A stretch of DNA of 64,000 bases from Azolla caroliniana (Eukaryota; Plantae; Polypodiophyta). The DNA lies in NCBI GenBank assembly GCA_043228905.1, contig JBHGNT010000022.1:2294001-2358000 (forward strand), written 5' to 3'. Positions 1-14,100 of the stretch are shown here, piece after piece (positions within the stretch are counted from its first letter, which is position 1; every line of letters starts with the position of its first letter). The notes beneath the pieces are model-generated. The model had not been told where the DNA came from. It did no database searches and saw only the letters and a list, made by a program, of their open reading frames with translations. A program made the translations under genes and the position numbers.

Positions 1-1918
1 TCCCATATCTGGTGTGAAACGCGGTCTTCCATTCATCTCTTGGTCGGATCCGCACGAGGTTATATGCTCCTCGTAAGTCGATCTTTGTGAAGAACCTTGC
101 ACCATTGATCCGTTCTAAATGACTTGAGATAAGGGGGAGTGCATACCTATTCCTGATGGTGACCTTATTCAAGCCACGATAATCTATGACTGTTTGCCAA
201 ATTCTCCTATATATAGGCTCGAAGGACTTCTAGCTCGGTTGGTGACAAGTTGTAGATCGGGCCCCATAGTGGTTCTTTTCCCAATTGTAAATCAATGGGG
301 CAATCATACGGTCGATGATGAGAAAGCGTATTGGCTTGTACCTTATCAAACACATCGGCATAATGATGACACTTCTCTGGAAGTTGAACTGTGGATTCCT
401 CTTTAATGGTGTCAGAAGGTTTTAGTGATATTGCGAAGACAAACATTGCTTCCTTGCGTCCTTCCTCACGCCATTCACGTAGCGAAATGGTTGCAATCCT
501 ATGAGTAGATCCCCGGATTTCTCTTGTTCTCCGATCTATGTTTGGGTTGTGTAATTCGAACCATGGTAACCCCAGGACAATTGGATGGTTTGGACTACTA
601 ATTATATTAAATGATGTAACTACACACACCAAGTTATCTAGGACAACCTGAATTGGCTCTCACTCTTCTACGATTTTTCCGGAAGCAATGGGATGACCAT
701 CAATAACTATTACAGATGTTGGGCAAGAAAGTTTTCTTAGGGATATTTGACGAGCTTGGGCAAAATTCCTATCCATAAAGCAAGAGTTGGCTCCAGAATC
801 TAAGAGTGCTAAGACATGTACTAGAGGAATAGTTTTAGTACTAACCATTACTTGAGCTAAGAACACTTTGTTGACTTGCTTAGAGGAAATGGAACCACTA
901 ATGGGATGCACAAATCTAGGGTTGTCCAACCAAACGGCTCCTATTTTGGCTGGACTTAATCGTTTAACTCTTCTTCTAGTTGACTAAGGATTTCAAATTT
1001 GTTTGAAAGGCTTGGGCTATTAGTACTATTAGGACTATCAGATATTCCTACTGAAATAGAATCGGGGTTAGTACAATTACAACTAGCGACTATTTGGTTT
1101 ACTTGTCTTTTTGGCCTATGGGGACAGTTCAGTACAATATGCCCTGGTTCACCGCAATAGAGAGACATAGTCGATTTGCTCGGCGTTGCTGCTTTTCCTC
1201 TTCCGATAATGGTCCGCGATGACGTGTTGTGTCGATTTCCATCGGAGTTGGAGTATTTGCTGGAGACACATTATATGACTCCCTTGGAAAAGGTTTTGCT
1301 ACAACTGAGGCATAGGTGGGCTCTGATCTTGTCCTTGGCATCTAGAACTGACGTTCCGAACGTCGTTCAAAAAGGCGGTTATCGCATCGCACCGCGCAAC
1401 TGATTGCTTCTGTCAATGCCTTTGGCTCTTCGGAGAAAGTTAAGAGTAAATCCTTGACATCATTACGTAGGCCAAAATGAAATTGCTCCATTACGGTGGC
1501 AAGAAGATGGAAATTCGCAGCATAAGCCGAGGCCGGCCGCTCACCTTGGTGCAATCTTTGGATTTTGTTGATTGTTGTCCTGACATTGTCAGTATCTCCA
1601 AAATAGGCTTTAAACTCGCTAATAAACTCTTCGAAATTATTTAACAAGGGGTAGTTTTTTTCTAACAGGCAGGCGAACCATGCCAAAGTCGTGCCACTAA
1701 GTAGCGTGCCTACTAGTCCCACTCGTGATGCATCGATGGGATATCGAGAAGGATGCATTTGAATCACTAAGCGTACCTGATTAAGAAAACCTCTGAACTG
1801 TGATTGGTTCCCATCAAATTTCATAGGAAGTCCGATCTTGGGTTCTTTGTGAGTCCCTTGAGCGCTTGATCCTTGTGGCTATAGTGATACAATAGTCGCT
1901 TCAAATTGTTGTACACGT

Positions 1919-2647
1919 TGTCGTAACATATTTCATACACTACGTGAAAAACATATATAGTATTAGATTCACTAAATATGAAGAAATAGAAGAAAATATC
2001 AAAATATATATTACATGCATAGGGCAAGATTCAAACCTTGTACCTCCATGTTAATAAGTTCAAACCTTACCATTGTATTAACATATCATAAGTGATTTAA
2101 ATATAGATTTAATAGGTATAAGAGTTATATTTACGCCTATAAAATAGCAACCCATGCACATTTAGAGAGCGTAAAAGAAAAACTTTATTTAGAAGAAAAA
2201 CGCAAACAAAGAAAAAGTTACTCACGCACATCTAGCATACATGAGCACTATATTTAGAAATTAAAAGCATGGTAGAAAAAGCTATTCAGGGATATCTAGT
2301 CGCATTAACACATTAGAAAAGCATGATGCTATGTTTAGTCTCTTCTATCACTATATAAGGAAGTGAGAAAGAGGTATATAGTGTTGATTTTTTTAAGGGT
2401 TGATTAATATATTATATTCATGGGGATTCACGAATTTGCCGTCTATTTCTCTCTTGCAATCTAAATTCATATTCTTTCCTAAAACATTAAGTAATACACT
2501 ATACTCTTGGGATTCACGAGTTTCCTATCTCTCTTTCGTATAATCTATTTATATTCTTATTAGCCTTAAAACTCTCCTCCTCCTAGTGCATAACCCTAGC
2601 GGTTCCCACCCGACCCATGCAACGATTCGGCGCCAAAAGGCATGACA
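1919..2647 (+). repeat. 5' LTR
   Basis: TGTCGTA...GCATGACA; direct repeat of 8306-9034. Confidence 0.95.
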
Positions 2648-2651
2648 CATT

Positions 2652-2669
2652 TGGTGAACCCGACGTGAA
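2652..2669 (+). promoter_or_regulatory. Primer-binding site, tRNA-Trp
   Basis: TGGTGAACCCGACGTGAA is the complement of the plant tRNA-Trp 3' end (...TTCACGTCGGGTTCACCA, recalled). Confidence 0.9.
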
Positions 2670-2685
2670 CACGGGTGGCAAGGAG

Positions 2686-4716
2686 ATGGAAAGTCAACAA
2701 GAGGCTAACAATATGATGACAATGTTCGGGCAGATGCTACCAGAACAACGCGCGATGTCGGAGATTGGGGCGGCAGTAGAGCGGCTCGTGCAACGGAATG
2801 GGCAATTCAACGGGAAGGATGTGTCATGTTATTTGCGAGACTACAAGGTGGAGATGCTATGGTGTGGAATATCGGAAGACAACCTTCAATCGGGTGGCTA
2901 CGGAAGGGCTTCAAGGCAGTATCCACGGGTTACGACAACAAAATCCGACATGGGAAGCGTTTGAAGAAGCGCTAAAGACCATGTTCGCTATCGAGGACTC
3001 TTCCAAGGAAACGCGGTGGAGATTCGAAGATTGGGTGGAAACGCCGGACAATGGGTTGAAGGTCCTCGATGTGTTTTTGGCATTCAAAAGTCGATTTGGG
3101 AGGGGTTGTCCGTGAGAGATCAAGCTATTCTCACACCTTACAAAGTGATAATGTTCTTACGAGTCGTGGACGTGCAGAACCGGAAAGACCTTGGAGTGCT
3201 TCTAGAGGCCACGACTACTGAGAGTGGGCTCATCAATACATGGGAAAATGTGTGGGACATCATCGTGTGATACACAACAAGGGAGAAATGGCTTGGTAAT
3301 GAAGAAAAGAGGGTTTCAGAACTGATTCCAAAACCAAGATCCGGATTGGAAGACCATCAACCATGGGCTCGGGAGACTACGACTAAGAAGGGAATCGATG
3401 GAACCACGGCGGAGTAGTTGCTGAAGGAAATGGAGAATCTGAAAATTGTAGTGGTGAAGAAGTCGGAAGAGCATCCCACAAGTTCCAAGTATGTGAACCC
3501 TTGGTGCATATGGTGCGATAGCATTAAACATGATCGGAAGGATTGCGATGAGCACAAGGAGGCGCTACAACAAGATCTTATCTACTACGAGGGAAATCGG
3601 ATTCATTCGATGGACCGTCGGAAGCCACTCCGGCCGAACTTCCAAAAAGGCAGCATGAAGAAGGTCCTAGAGGAGGAAATAGCGGCGAAAAGAAATTATG
3701 CGACAACCGCGGGAATACGCGTGGGGGAGTCATCTGGAGCAAAAGCATCTTTTTGGCCGGAAGTGCTAGAAATCTTGGAGAAAGCCGACTTTGATGAAAT
3801 CCAGAGCATGGCGAAAGGCATCCAGGAAGCTACGGGATGGGAGTGCCTCGTAGATAAGAATAGCATACATGCGTTATGTCAATTGCATGGGGTGTATGTA
3901 CATGAGAAACGATGGTGCACGGATGATGCGGCCGGGCCATCAAAGACACTGGAAAGCTGGAACTTCGAAGGGAAGGGGAAAGGAAAAAAATTCCGGCATT
4001 CAAACTCGCTTCGGACATCGAACAACGGACAGACCTAAAGAAGGTGTTCGAAGAGAGAATCCTTGATAGTCGGGTGGAATTTTCTCTCCGAGAATTACTC
4101 GGAATAACGAAGAACGAGTTCCACGATCTTCTTGTGGATCTCATGAAAAGAAAGAGACAAACTATGGAGGAAAATGCTCCAAGGGTGAATGCAAATATCG
4201 TTCTAATGAACGACACGGAAGTGGAGGATGAAATTCCGAACTCCCACTACACAAGGCCACACTGGGCACGCGCAACCATGGAGACTCCGGTTTGAATCGG
4301 AAACGTCAAAGAGCCTATACTAGCATTGATTGATCACGGGTCAGAGATCAATTTGATGTCCAAGGAGTTCTACCGGAAGGGGAAGTGGCCTATAAACACC
4401 CGCCATGGATGGAAGATTTGGGCAGCCACAAAAGCCACGAAAGATCTATTTGCGGCTTGTCCGGATGTGACAGTGAAGATCGGAGATGTGGTGATTGACC
4501 AAAATTTCTTCGTGCAAGATGAGGTCTCACATTCCATGGTCCTTGGGAAACCTTTATCACGGCTTCACGAATGGAGACAAAGGTGCCCGATAGCGGAGCG
4601 GCTTTTGCACGAATTCGGAGCCAAAGCGGAGGGAAAACCGTCCAATTCCTAACTATCCCATCGAATCACGAAAGGAACAAGAGAGAGCTCTTGTCCCAAA
4701 CAAAAATGGATTTTTA
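2686..4716 (+). pseudogene. gag-protease, frameshifted with stops
   Basis: Gag-like FNGKDVSCYLRDY, CIWCDSIKHDRKDC knuckle, protease IDHGSEINLMS; ends ...KMDF*. Confidence 0.85.
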
Positions 4717-7700
4717 AAGCGGACTATTGCAGAGTGGGGAAGTGATAGTCTAAGAAGCCCTGATGCCCCACACAGGAAGAAAACTCTCGGAGCAAAACTA
4801 GTACGAATCGGTCTGGATGGGGCATCTACATACATGGCTGTAACTGGAGTAATGAAGAAAGAATTCTGAACGGTGCAAGATGAGTTGCAGTCTGCATCAA
4901 TCATAAAAGAAGACGAAGAGATTGTGGGAGTAGTCAAAGAAGTGTTCTTTGGGAGCACGATACAACGGCTTGAAGAGCTTGCGGAAGAGAATAGCTAGGG
5001 AGACTGGGTAGTTCCAGTGGAATCGGCCGAGATGTACGATATCATTGTGAAAATAGGGCCGGATGCACTCCGCAAAGAAGAAGCAATGATATGTACAAAA
5101 TATAAGACCGTGGAAAAGAAGGTGAAACCGTCTGCGGGACCGCTACCCACCAATAGTGAACAAAAGAGGAAAGAAGTCTCGAGAGATCCGACACTTCGGA
5201 AGTCCGTGGATATCAGACATGCCTTCACGAATGAGACCCAGAAGAAACTTTGGATCGGTGTAGGTGGGTTCCTCTTACCAAACAAAGAAGAACGATTTCA
5301 TGAGATGTTGGCGCGACATGGAAAAGCATTCACATTCACATCAAGAGAGATAGCGTGCGTTGATCCAAAGATAGTAGAACCAATGGTGTTCTCGATTGAT
5401 CATGTGCCGTGGAACCTGAAGCCGATTTTGGTGCCACGGGCGCATATTCCGAAAACCATTGAATTGCTCAAGGAGAAGGTGGCGATGGGGATTCTAGAGC
5501 CATCAAATGCTCCGTACTCAAATCGATGGTTTACGGTTCCTAAGAAGAATGGGTCACTCCGATTCATTCAAGATTTGCAACCGGTGAACAGGGTCACGAT
5601 CCGGAACTCCGGAATCGGTCCGATAGTGGATGAATTTGCGGGAGCGTTTGCCGGATGCGCGATATATACCATCGGAGACCTATACTCTGGATGTGACCAA
5701 TTCCAAATAGCCATGGAGAGCCAAGATATTATTACAATGCAAACACTGATAGGATTAGTCCGGATGTGTACGCTACCACAAGGAGTGACAAACTCGGTCG
5801 CACATATGATGAATGCAATGAACAAGGTGCTCCGAGACTACATTCCAGAGATAACAATGACGTTCCTAGATGACATTCCAATGAAAGGATGTGCAGTGGA
5901 AGAAAAAGATGAGACAATGGATGATCGAGGATGCTGAAAGTTCGTAGTTGACCATATTTGCGATTTCGAGAAAGTGCTACGGAAGTTAGAAGATGTGCAC
6001 CTAACACTCTCTGGAGAGAAATCAACATTTAGACAAGAAGAGATATTGGTAATCGGACATCTATGTGGGCCCTACGGACGAAGACCGTCGCCAGTCAAGA
6101 TCGATGTGATTCAAGCTATGAAAGAAATATGCGAGTCACAATCTGAAGTCTGTAGATTTCTTGGTGCTTGTGCATTTATCACATATGGATTCTACACTAT
6201 GCATACATTGCGGACCCACTCTATCACTTGCTGTGGAAGGGTAAGAAGTTCGAATGGAGGCCGGAACATACCAAAGCCATGAAGAAGCTCAAGAAAACAC
6301 TACGGAGGGTAGAAGCACTTAAGAAGCCAAACTATGACGGACCGATCATAGTACCGGTTGATACAAGTCCAACTGGGATTGGATGGGTCATCAACCTATT
6401 TGACTCGGATGGTTCGCGATATCTGATCCGATTTGTAGAAAAGGTTCTCAATGAAAGGCAACGTTGATATGCACAAGTTAAAAGAGAATTATGGGGAGTC
6501 GTGTCAGCGATAAAATCAGATCGAGATTATTTGATCGGAGCCGAAGTAGTGATTGAAACGGATTGTCTTCCGATACTCGGGATGATGCGGTGTTGTACGA
6601 TACCAGATATGGCTATGCTAAGATCAATTGCATATGTAAAGTCGCTTAATCCGGAGGTACAACACATCTCTAGAAAAGACAACGGGGTCGTGGATATGTT
6701 GTCAAGGGCACTGTTCGGAGATGACATAACCGAATCCGATAATGAAGAAGTTTCTGAAAACTACTTTACTTTAGAGCACATATGTCGGGTGAACGTAATC
6801 CGAGAATTTTGGGAAGCCGAATACAAGGGAGAAAGCCTGGTGATCGGGAAGGTGCTTTAAGAAATCGAGGAATCATCGGACAATATGGAAAAGAGAGTCG
6901 AGAACCAAAGTAAGAAGCAAGAAGTCTGGAAGTTCTTCTTGAACGATGGATTAATCTAGAGTGAGCCGAAAAGACCGAATGGCATACCACTGCGGGTATT
7001 CGGAACAAAAGCGCAACGAAATTGAATAATATCCGAATTTCACAAATCCGATTGGGCTGGACATCGGGGAAAATGGGCAACATTTGCAAAGATCAAACAA
7101 AAATATTGGTGGAAGAATATGTACAAAGATGTAGCGGAGTTCACGGGAAGCTGTGAGAAATGCCAAATCTACTCCGGAGTTCGACATCGAGATGAATTAC
7201 ATTTGACATTCTCACCGACAATCAACTTCACATGGATGGTCGACATTGTGGCCATGCCAACCAGGATCGGACAAAGGAAGTACTTGGTATTAGCTCGGGA
7301 AGATCTCATGAACCAAGTAGAAGGTCGGGCGCTACGGAGGAAAACATGTTCTGCAGTATGCCAATTTCTCTTGGAAGAAGTGTTCTGTACGTACGGATGC
7401 ATAGGACAAGTGATAACGGATCAGGGAGAACTTGACTCTGATAAAGCTAGGGAATTCTTCGCCAAACATGGAGTACAGTTAATGCTAACCATGGCATACA
7501 ATCCGAAAGACAACGAGAAGATCGAACAAGGACATAGTCCAATCGTTAAAGTACTTGCAAAAGCATGCAACGGAAGGGTGAAGAATTGGCCGCAGATGCT
7601 TCCGTATGCACTATGGGTAGATCGCACAACGCATAGTTTTGTGACCGGTTATATGCCAGCATAACTTATGACCGGCCAAGCACCGGTAATGCCGGCGGAA

Positions 7701-8204
7701 ACTGCAATTGCGACATGGACAATGCTGCCGTGGAAGGAAGAGATGAGCCGGGAAGAACTACTAGTGGTTCATATACGACAACTAGAGAGAAGACTGGAAG
7801 ACATAGCATAGTGGAAGCAATACACCGACAACAAGAAGCACGGCTCTGGAACAAAAGTCGATTCGACACAAAGCATCGTCTACGACCACGGAAGATTGAA
7901 GAAGGAGATTGGGTGATAGTTTATGAAAGTAGTTTGGCTCATCAACTCACAACGATCTAGAAATTCACTAAAAGGTGGTTCAGACCATACGAATTTCGGA
8001 AAGTTTTCGACAACGGAACCTACCAACTAAGTGAGTTCGATGGAATGGTACTACGGGTGCCTATAGCGGGGAAATGGGTGAAGATTTTCAAGAAACAAAC
8101 TAACGACGAACCCTACGTGACCATAGATAAGACCGTCAGCGAGGAGCAATCAGACAAAGATCACGGTGGTGTGGGAAGTGAAGAAATTGGGCTAGAATTG
8201 ATAG
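4711..8204 (+). pseudogene. pol (RT-RNase H-integrase), degenerate
   Basis: RT motifs LRFIQDLQPVN, LPQGVTNS, FLDDIP; RH VDTSPTGIG; integrase WMVDIVAMP, TDQGEL, AYNP. Confidence 0.9.
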
Positions 8205-8305
8205 TCACATAATGGGAGAAATTGAGGGTACTACGGATGAAGGAGAATAACGAGCTCCAACAACTTCGGCACATACTAGAGGATGTGCGGATTCAAAGGG
8301 GCGAG

Positions 8306-9034
8306 TGTAGTAGCGTATTTCGTACACTACGTGAAAAATGTATATAGTATTAGATTCACTAAATATGAAGAAATAGAAGAAAATATCAAAATCTATATTA
8401 CATGCATAGGGCAAGATTCAAACCTTGTACCTCCATGTTAATAAGTTCAAACCTTACCATTGTATTAACATAACATAAGTGATTTAAATATAGATTTAAT
8501 AGGTATAAGAGTTATATTTACACCTATAAAAAAGCAACCCATGCACATTTAGAGTGCGTAAAAAGAAAACTTTATTTAGAAGAAAAACGCAAACAAAGAA
8601 AAAGTTACTCATGCACATCTAGCATGCATGAGCACTATATTTAGAAATTAAAAGCATGGTAGAAAAAGCGATTCAGGGATATCTAGTCGCATTAACACTT
8701 TAGAAAACCATGATGCTATGTTTAGTCTCTTCTATCACTATATAAGGAAGAGCGAAAGAGGTATATAGTGTTGATTTTTTTAAGGGTTGATTAATATATT
8801 ATATTCATGGGGATTCACGAATTTGCCATCTATTTCTCTCTTGCAATCTAAATTCATATTCTTTCCTAAAACATTAAGTAATACACTATACTCGTGGGAT
8901 TCACGAGTTTCCTATCTCTCTTTCTTATAATCTATTTATATTCTTATTAGCCTTAAAACTCTCCTCCTCCTAGTGCAAAACCCCAGCGATTCCCACCCGA
9001 CTCACGCAACAATCTGGCGCCAAAAGGCACAACA
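8306..9034 (+). repeat. 3' LTR
   Basis: TGTAGTAG...GCACAACA; same length as the 5' LTR. Confidence 0.95.
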
Positions 9035-9170
9035 ATGTAACGTCAGCTCCCTATGTTGTTGTTTTTCTAAAGCTATTTGTTGAAGATCCCCCAACGGACG
9101 GTGATTTTCTTGTTCTAGTACAAACTTCTCTTTTAAGCATTGAAGCTCTGAGAAAACAAATTGAATACAA

Positions 9171-10055
9171 TGGTGACCTATCCTCCTCCTCATCAAATGT
9201 ACCAATCGAAGCATTGTCTTCATCTAAAAGCAAATGTTGTGACTCCAAATCATGTGTAGAAGATCTGGTCCGCCTTCGATCTGAGAAGCCTTGTAGATTT
9301 TGCAATTTGAATTTTATTATATCTATGGTTGACTTCCTTAAACGTCTAGCTTTTGCCATTGTAAAGTTGTACACAATGATATCCACCTGTTGCATGTGAA
9401 GGGTCAATGCGTTACGAATATTTCTTTTCGGCTTTCTATTTCCTCTTGAAGTTGGGCATTCCATCATCTCCAATGTATACTTGATTGTAAACGCATTCAT
9501 GCTTTTAGTGTTGTACCAATGCACCTTTGTAGACTTTATCTTATTTTGGTTTTCATGCATCACCATGTCCAATACTTTACCAATCCAGAATTGGTGCCCC
9601 ATGTCGTTGTCATCTCTAGGTGTGGCAATTAACATCCCAACCTTTATTTCTTGTGTGATTCCTTGCCAATGGGCTTCAACCGCTTTTGTCATCCTCGGTC
9701 CCACATAAATGTCTCTCTGTTGTGGATGGAGCAAGTTGTGAAGATCCGCATTAGATGCAGGAGGTGGCGTTTGAGAATTAGGCGAGTGTTGTACATACCA
9801 CGTAAATGATATTTGCAAGGGACAAATACCAATGAAGGAATTATCAATAATTTCTTGTTGATCACAAAAGAACATGTCCCACCATGAGGTATCTTGTGGT
9901 CCAACATAATTCTTTGTAGTATCGATTTGCTTCCTTTTGTCCTGTAAGGCTTGCATCTAGAAGTTCCTTTGTTCATCTACCAAGTCACTGTGCATTTCCT
10001 TTTTAGTCTCAATCGTCATTTGTTTTGCAACATACACAGTAGTTACAAATGGCAT
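9171..10055 (-). pseudogene. C-terminal part of the Sola1-like transposase
   Basis: Continues in frame from 43291-44051 once 10056-43290 and one GCAT are removed (...QFLLHM-PFVTTVYVAK...NF*MQALQDK...); contains FWIGKV...VHWY. Confidence 0.75.
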
Positions 10056-10329
10056 GGTTGAAAGCATGCGAGTGGAAACAATTAGCTATGTAAAAAGCTA
10101 CCATTGATAAACAGTCATTTTTGCAAAAAGCTACCATTGATAAATTAGCTATGAAAAATGCTACCATTGAAAACAGTAGAGAGTTTTAACTATATAAATG
10201 CGCACCATAAATGTGCAACATAAACGTGCAACATAAATTGATATGTGCACCATAAATTATATACTGAATTCCTAGGTCCATTATGCATGATCCTTTGCTA
10301 CATCACGTAGCCCATCTCTGGTTGAGTAT

Positions 10330-11015
10330 TCTGGCTTAGATTACTACCACTATTGCTAAACCCTATTGAGTCCACTCCTCCATTGCCGCCATTGTTTAGT
10401 CCAAGCATCAACTGCCAAGTTCACTCCTCCATTGCCGCCACTCTACACTTAGTTGCCACTATTGTGAGGGTCGTATATTCTTGCCACTTTTCGATCCAAT
10501 GCAGTTAATGGAGTTAGCTCCTTCTCCATTGCCGCCATTCTACTCTTAGTTGCCATCACTGTGCGTTCCAAGCATCATCTGCCACTATTCGATTTGACGG
10601 AGCTCACTCCTCCATTGCCATCATTCTACACTCAGTTGCCACTATTGTTCGGTCCTAGATTGCTACCACTTTTTGATTTCACAAAGTTCACTAATCCATT
10701 GCCATCATTCTACACTCATATGTCGTTACTGTTCGGTCGTGTATTGTTGCCACTTTTCAATCCGAGGGAGTTCACTACTTCTCCATTGCTGCCATTCTAC
10801 TCTTAGTTTTTGTCATTGTACGTTCCAAGCATCATCTGCTAGTGTTTGATCTGACGGAATTCACTCCTCCATTGCCATCATTCTACACTCAATTGTCGCC
10901 ATTGTTCGGTCTTGGATTGCCAGAACTATTCGATCAAACAAAGTTCACTCCTCCACTGTCGCCATTCTACACTTTGTTGTTGCCACTATTCGGCCCTGGA
11001 TTACCGCCACTGTTT
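10330..11015. repeat. Subterminal degenerate tandem repeat with core TTCACTCCTCCATTGCCRCCATTCTACACT
   Basis: The core recurs many times between the left TIR and the transposase start. Confidence 0.8.
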
Positions 11016-11165
11016 GTTCTTGGATTTCAATAACTATTCAATCTATTGATTAACTTGTGTATTGTTGTGTATAATCTTGTGTATTGCAGAATATTTTTGT
11101 GTATTGTTGTTGCCCATAGCCATCTTAAATACGTGTCTTTTTTTCGGGAAAATTAGGGTTTAAAT

Positions 11166-14100
11166 ATGTCAAGCCAAATGGAAGGGGAAGGAGGGTGTTT
11201 AGAATTACCCCTCAATGATCATCGGGATAGGGATGACGCTATCCGGACATGACAAGCAATATGAAAGTATTGGGCAGAAAAAAAAACATCGTCAATTGTT
11301 GAAGGATACGAAAGCCATAGTCACTAAAGGTAAAGATAGTATTGGTTGCGATATAGGTCCAAATATCACTGAGAATGGAAGTAATCAGACTACTATCATA
11401 GAGAGAAAGGTTGTAGACTATTTCAGTGTTCAAACCAAGCACATCAACAATGAAGACACAAAGGTAGTACTTTATGGAATATTAAATGATCCATCGATAA
11501 AGGAGTTAGTTGATTGTGATGGGCTTAATGCAAACATAACATCTGTACTAGTAAATAATCTCTGTACTAGTTTTGTATCCATGAGTAGGTCATAAGATGA
11601 TATTGTCTTAAAAAGTTCTAGTCTAATGATGTTACTTAATAGTGATGTTGACGATATTAACATCAATGTGCTATCTAAGGTAATTGGTGTTAGTAGAAAA
11701 AGTGTGTACAATACATTGAACTGGATAGTTTCGTCGGGTGAAGGAACTAGTCTGCTAAAGCTAACAACAAGATGTAAGCCAATGACACCCATAACATTAG
11801 AAATCAAGGATATAATCACAATATTTTGGACTAATGAGAGTAGGGTTTCACCCAATAAGAAGGATTTATGCAAGAAACGTGTTGGAAGGAGTCAATACGA
11901 GGAGCATCCCATTCATCTTCTTGATGTACCTTAGGTATTTACATTTATCTCAACATTTGTTTTGACTTTTGAGCTTAGTGAGTTAGCTTATTAGCTACCT
12001 CCAAATATGACCATACCAGAATAGCTAATTACTTACCTTAGAATATGACCATAGCTAACCAACTACCAATAATAGCTAATTAGCTACCAGAATAGCTAAT
12101 TAGTTACCTCAGAATATGACCATAGCTAACTAGCTACTAGTAATAGCTAATTAGCTACCAGAAATTAGCTACCTCAGAATATGACCATAGCTAACTAGCT
12201 ACTACTAATAGCTTAATAGCGATTGCCAATAGCTAATTTAGCTATTACCAATTAATTCGTTACCAGAATAATTAATTAGCTACCTAAGAATATCGATCAT
12301 AGCTATTTAGCTACCAGAATAGCTAATTAGGTACCAATCATAGCTATTTAGCTACCACAATAGCTAATTAGCTGCCTATGACAATAGCTAATTAGCTACC
12401 AAACTAACTAATTAGCTTCTTATCAGTATAGCTAATTAGCTACTTATGACTATAAGCTAATTAGCTACCAAAATAGCTAATCCCCTACCAGAATAGCTAA
12501 TTAACTGTGTATGACTATAGCTAATTAGCGACCAGAATTGCGAACTAGCTATTCCTAATAGCTAATTTAGTTATTACCAGATAATTAGCTACTAGGATAG
12601 CTAATTAGCTACCAATCATAGCAAATTAGCTACCACTCATAGGTAATTAGCTATTATAGTAGCTAATTAGTTGCCTCTGACTATAGCTATTTACCTACCA
12701 GAATAGCTAATTAGCTACCTAAGAATATGAGCATGGCTATTTAGATACCAAAATAGCTAATTAGATGTGTATGACTATAACTAATTAGCTACCAGAATAG
12801 CTAACTAGCTAAATAGCTACCTATGATTATAGCTAATTAGCTACTAGAATAGCTAACTAACTATTCCCAATAGCTAATTTGTTATTACTAGCTAATTTAG
12901 TTATTACTAACTAATTTAGCTACTAGGATAGTAACTATTCCCAATAGCTAATTAGTTATTACTAGCTAATTTAGTTATTACCAACTAATTTAGCTGCCAA
13001 GATAGCTAACTAGCAACCACAATAGCTAATTAGCTAGCCATCATAGCTATTTAGCTACCACAATAGCTAATTAGTTGCTTATGACTATAGCTAATTAGCT
13101 ACCAGATTAGCTAACTAGCTATTCCCAATAGCTAATTTAGTTATTACCAACTAAATAGCTACTAGGTAGCACTAATTAGCAATTAGCTACCGGAATAGCT
13201 AATTAGCTACCAAAATAACTAATTAGCTGCATTATGACTATTAGCTACCACTTAGCTAACTAGTTATTCCCAATAGCTAATTTAGCTATTACCAGCTAAT
13301 TAGCTACTAGGATAGTTAATTAGCTACCATAATAGCTAATTAGCTACCATAATAGCTAATTAGCTACCAATCATAGCCAATTAGCTACCGGAATAAATAA
13401 TTAGTTGCCTATGACTATTGCTAATTAGCCCAACTAATTAGCTACCAATCATAGCTATTTAGCTACCACAATAGCTTATTAGCTGTTATAAAAGGTTTGA
13501 AGCATAACTAATCAGCTAATCAATATGTCCATTTTATTACACAGGTCGATTTATTTATTAGGTTCAGGTGAATGCATTCAAATATCAAAGTTCGACTACG
13601 AACATTCGAGTCTCTTAAGCCACACTTTGTGAGACGCTTGAAGGATCGATACACATGTTGCATTTATGATGTAGAAATGGGTTTTCGCAAGCACTTTGTT
13701 AATCTACTGCGTCACTATAACGCCTCCCTAACTAATGCAGTTTGCACTTGTCAGTGCCGAATGTGTCGATCGAGCCCGCAAGAGCACTGTAAATCATGTG
13801 AGCATGTTATCTCTTTGATGGGTTGTCTTTTAGATTCAGTATTGTGTCTGAGAGAAATTGAGGCTATATTCCACAATTATAAATGTGTCATGGGTTTATG
13901 TCAAGATTGTGGCCCTAGTAGATTTAGGTGGTGTCCAAATGAATTGAGTAATGAAATATTAATCTCGGTCAAGTTATTTCAGCCAGTTGACACCAATTTT
14001 GAAGGAAAGGTGTTTAAAAGAAAGGATCTAGTTATGAAGTCGCTTAAACCAAGGGATTTGGCGTCTCTATTTGTAGTATCTCTAGGAAAGTTCATTAAAC

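Larger units (their letters stand above)
1919..9034 (+). mobile_element. Full-length non-chromovirus Gypsy LTR retrotransposon with degenerate coding region
   Basis: Two 729-bp TG...CA LTRs, tRNA-Trp PBS, PPT-like AAAGGGGCGAG before 8306, 4-bp TSD ACGT (1915-1918) / ATGT (9035-9038), domain order gag-PR-RT-RH-INT. Confidence 0.95.
1..9170 (-). mobile_element. Degenerate Tcn1/chromovirus-like Gypsy fragment (gag-PR-RT start), interrupted by the element at 1919-9034; no 5' LTR seen
   Basis: Gag motif KFDGNQSQFRGFLNQVRL (1342-1824), zinc knuckle [12 protein letters not shown] (~1125-1165), protease LLDSGANSCF (660-929), RT start [17 protein letters not shown]. Removing 1919-9034 and one TSD copy restores in-frame ...ELTLR-VQQFEA... 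The right boundary is approximate. Confidence 0.85.

Noticed and set aside
10561-11033. Pro/Leu-rich repeat ORFs
   Set aside because: By-product of the subterminal tandem repeat; broken by stops.
11985-13520. CRISPR-like palindromic repeat array
   Set aside because: Spacers are short and themselves repetitive, there are no cas genes, and the context is a eukaryotic intron.
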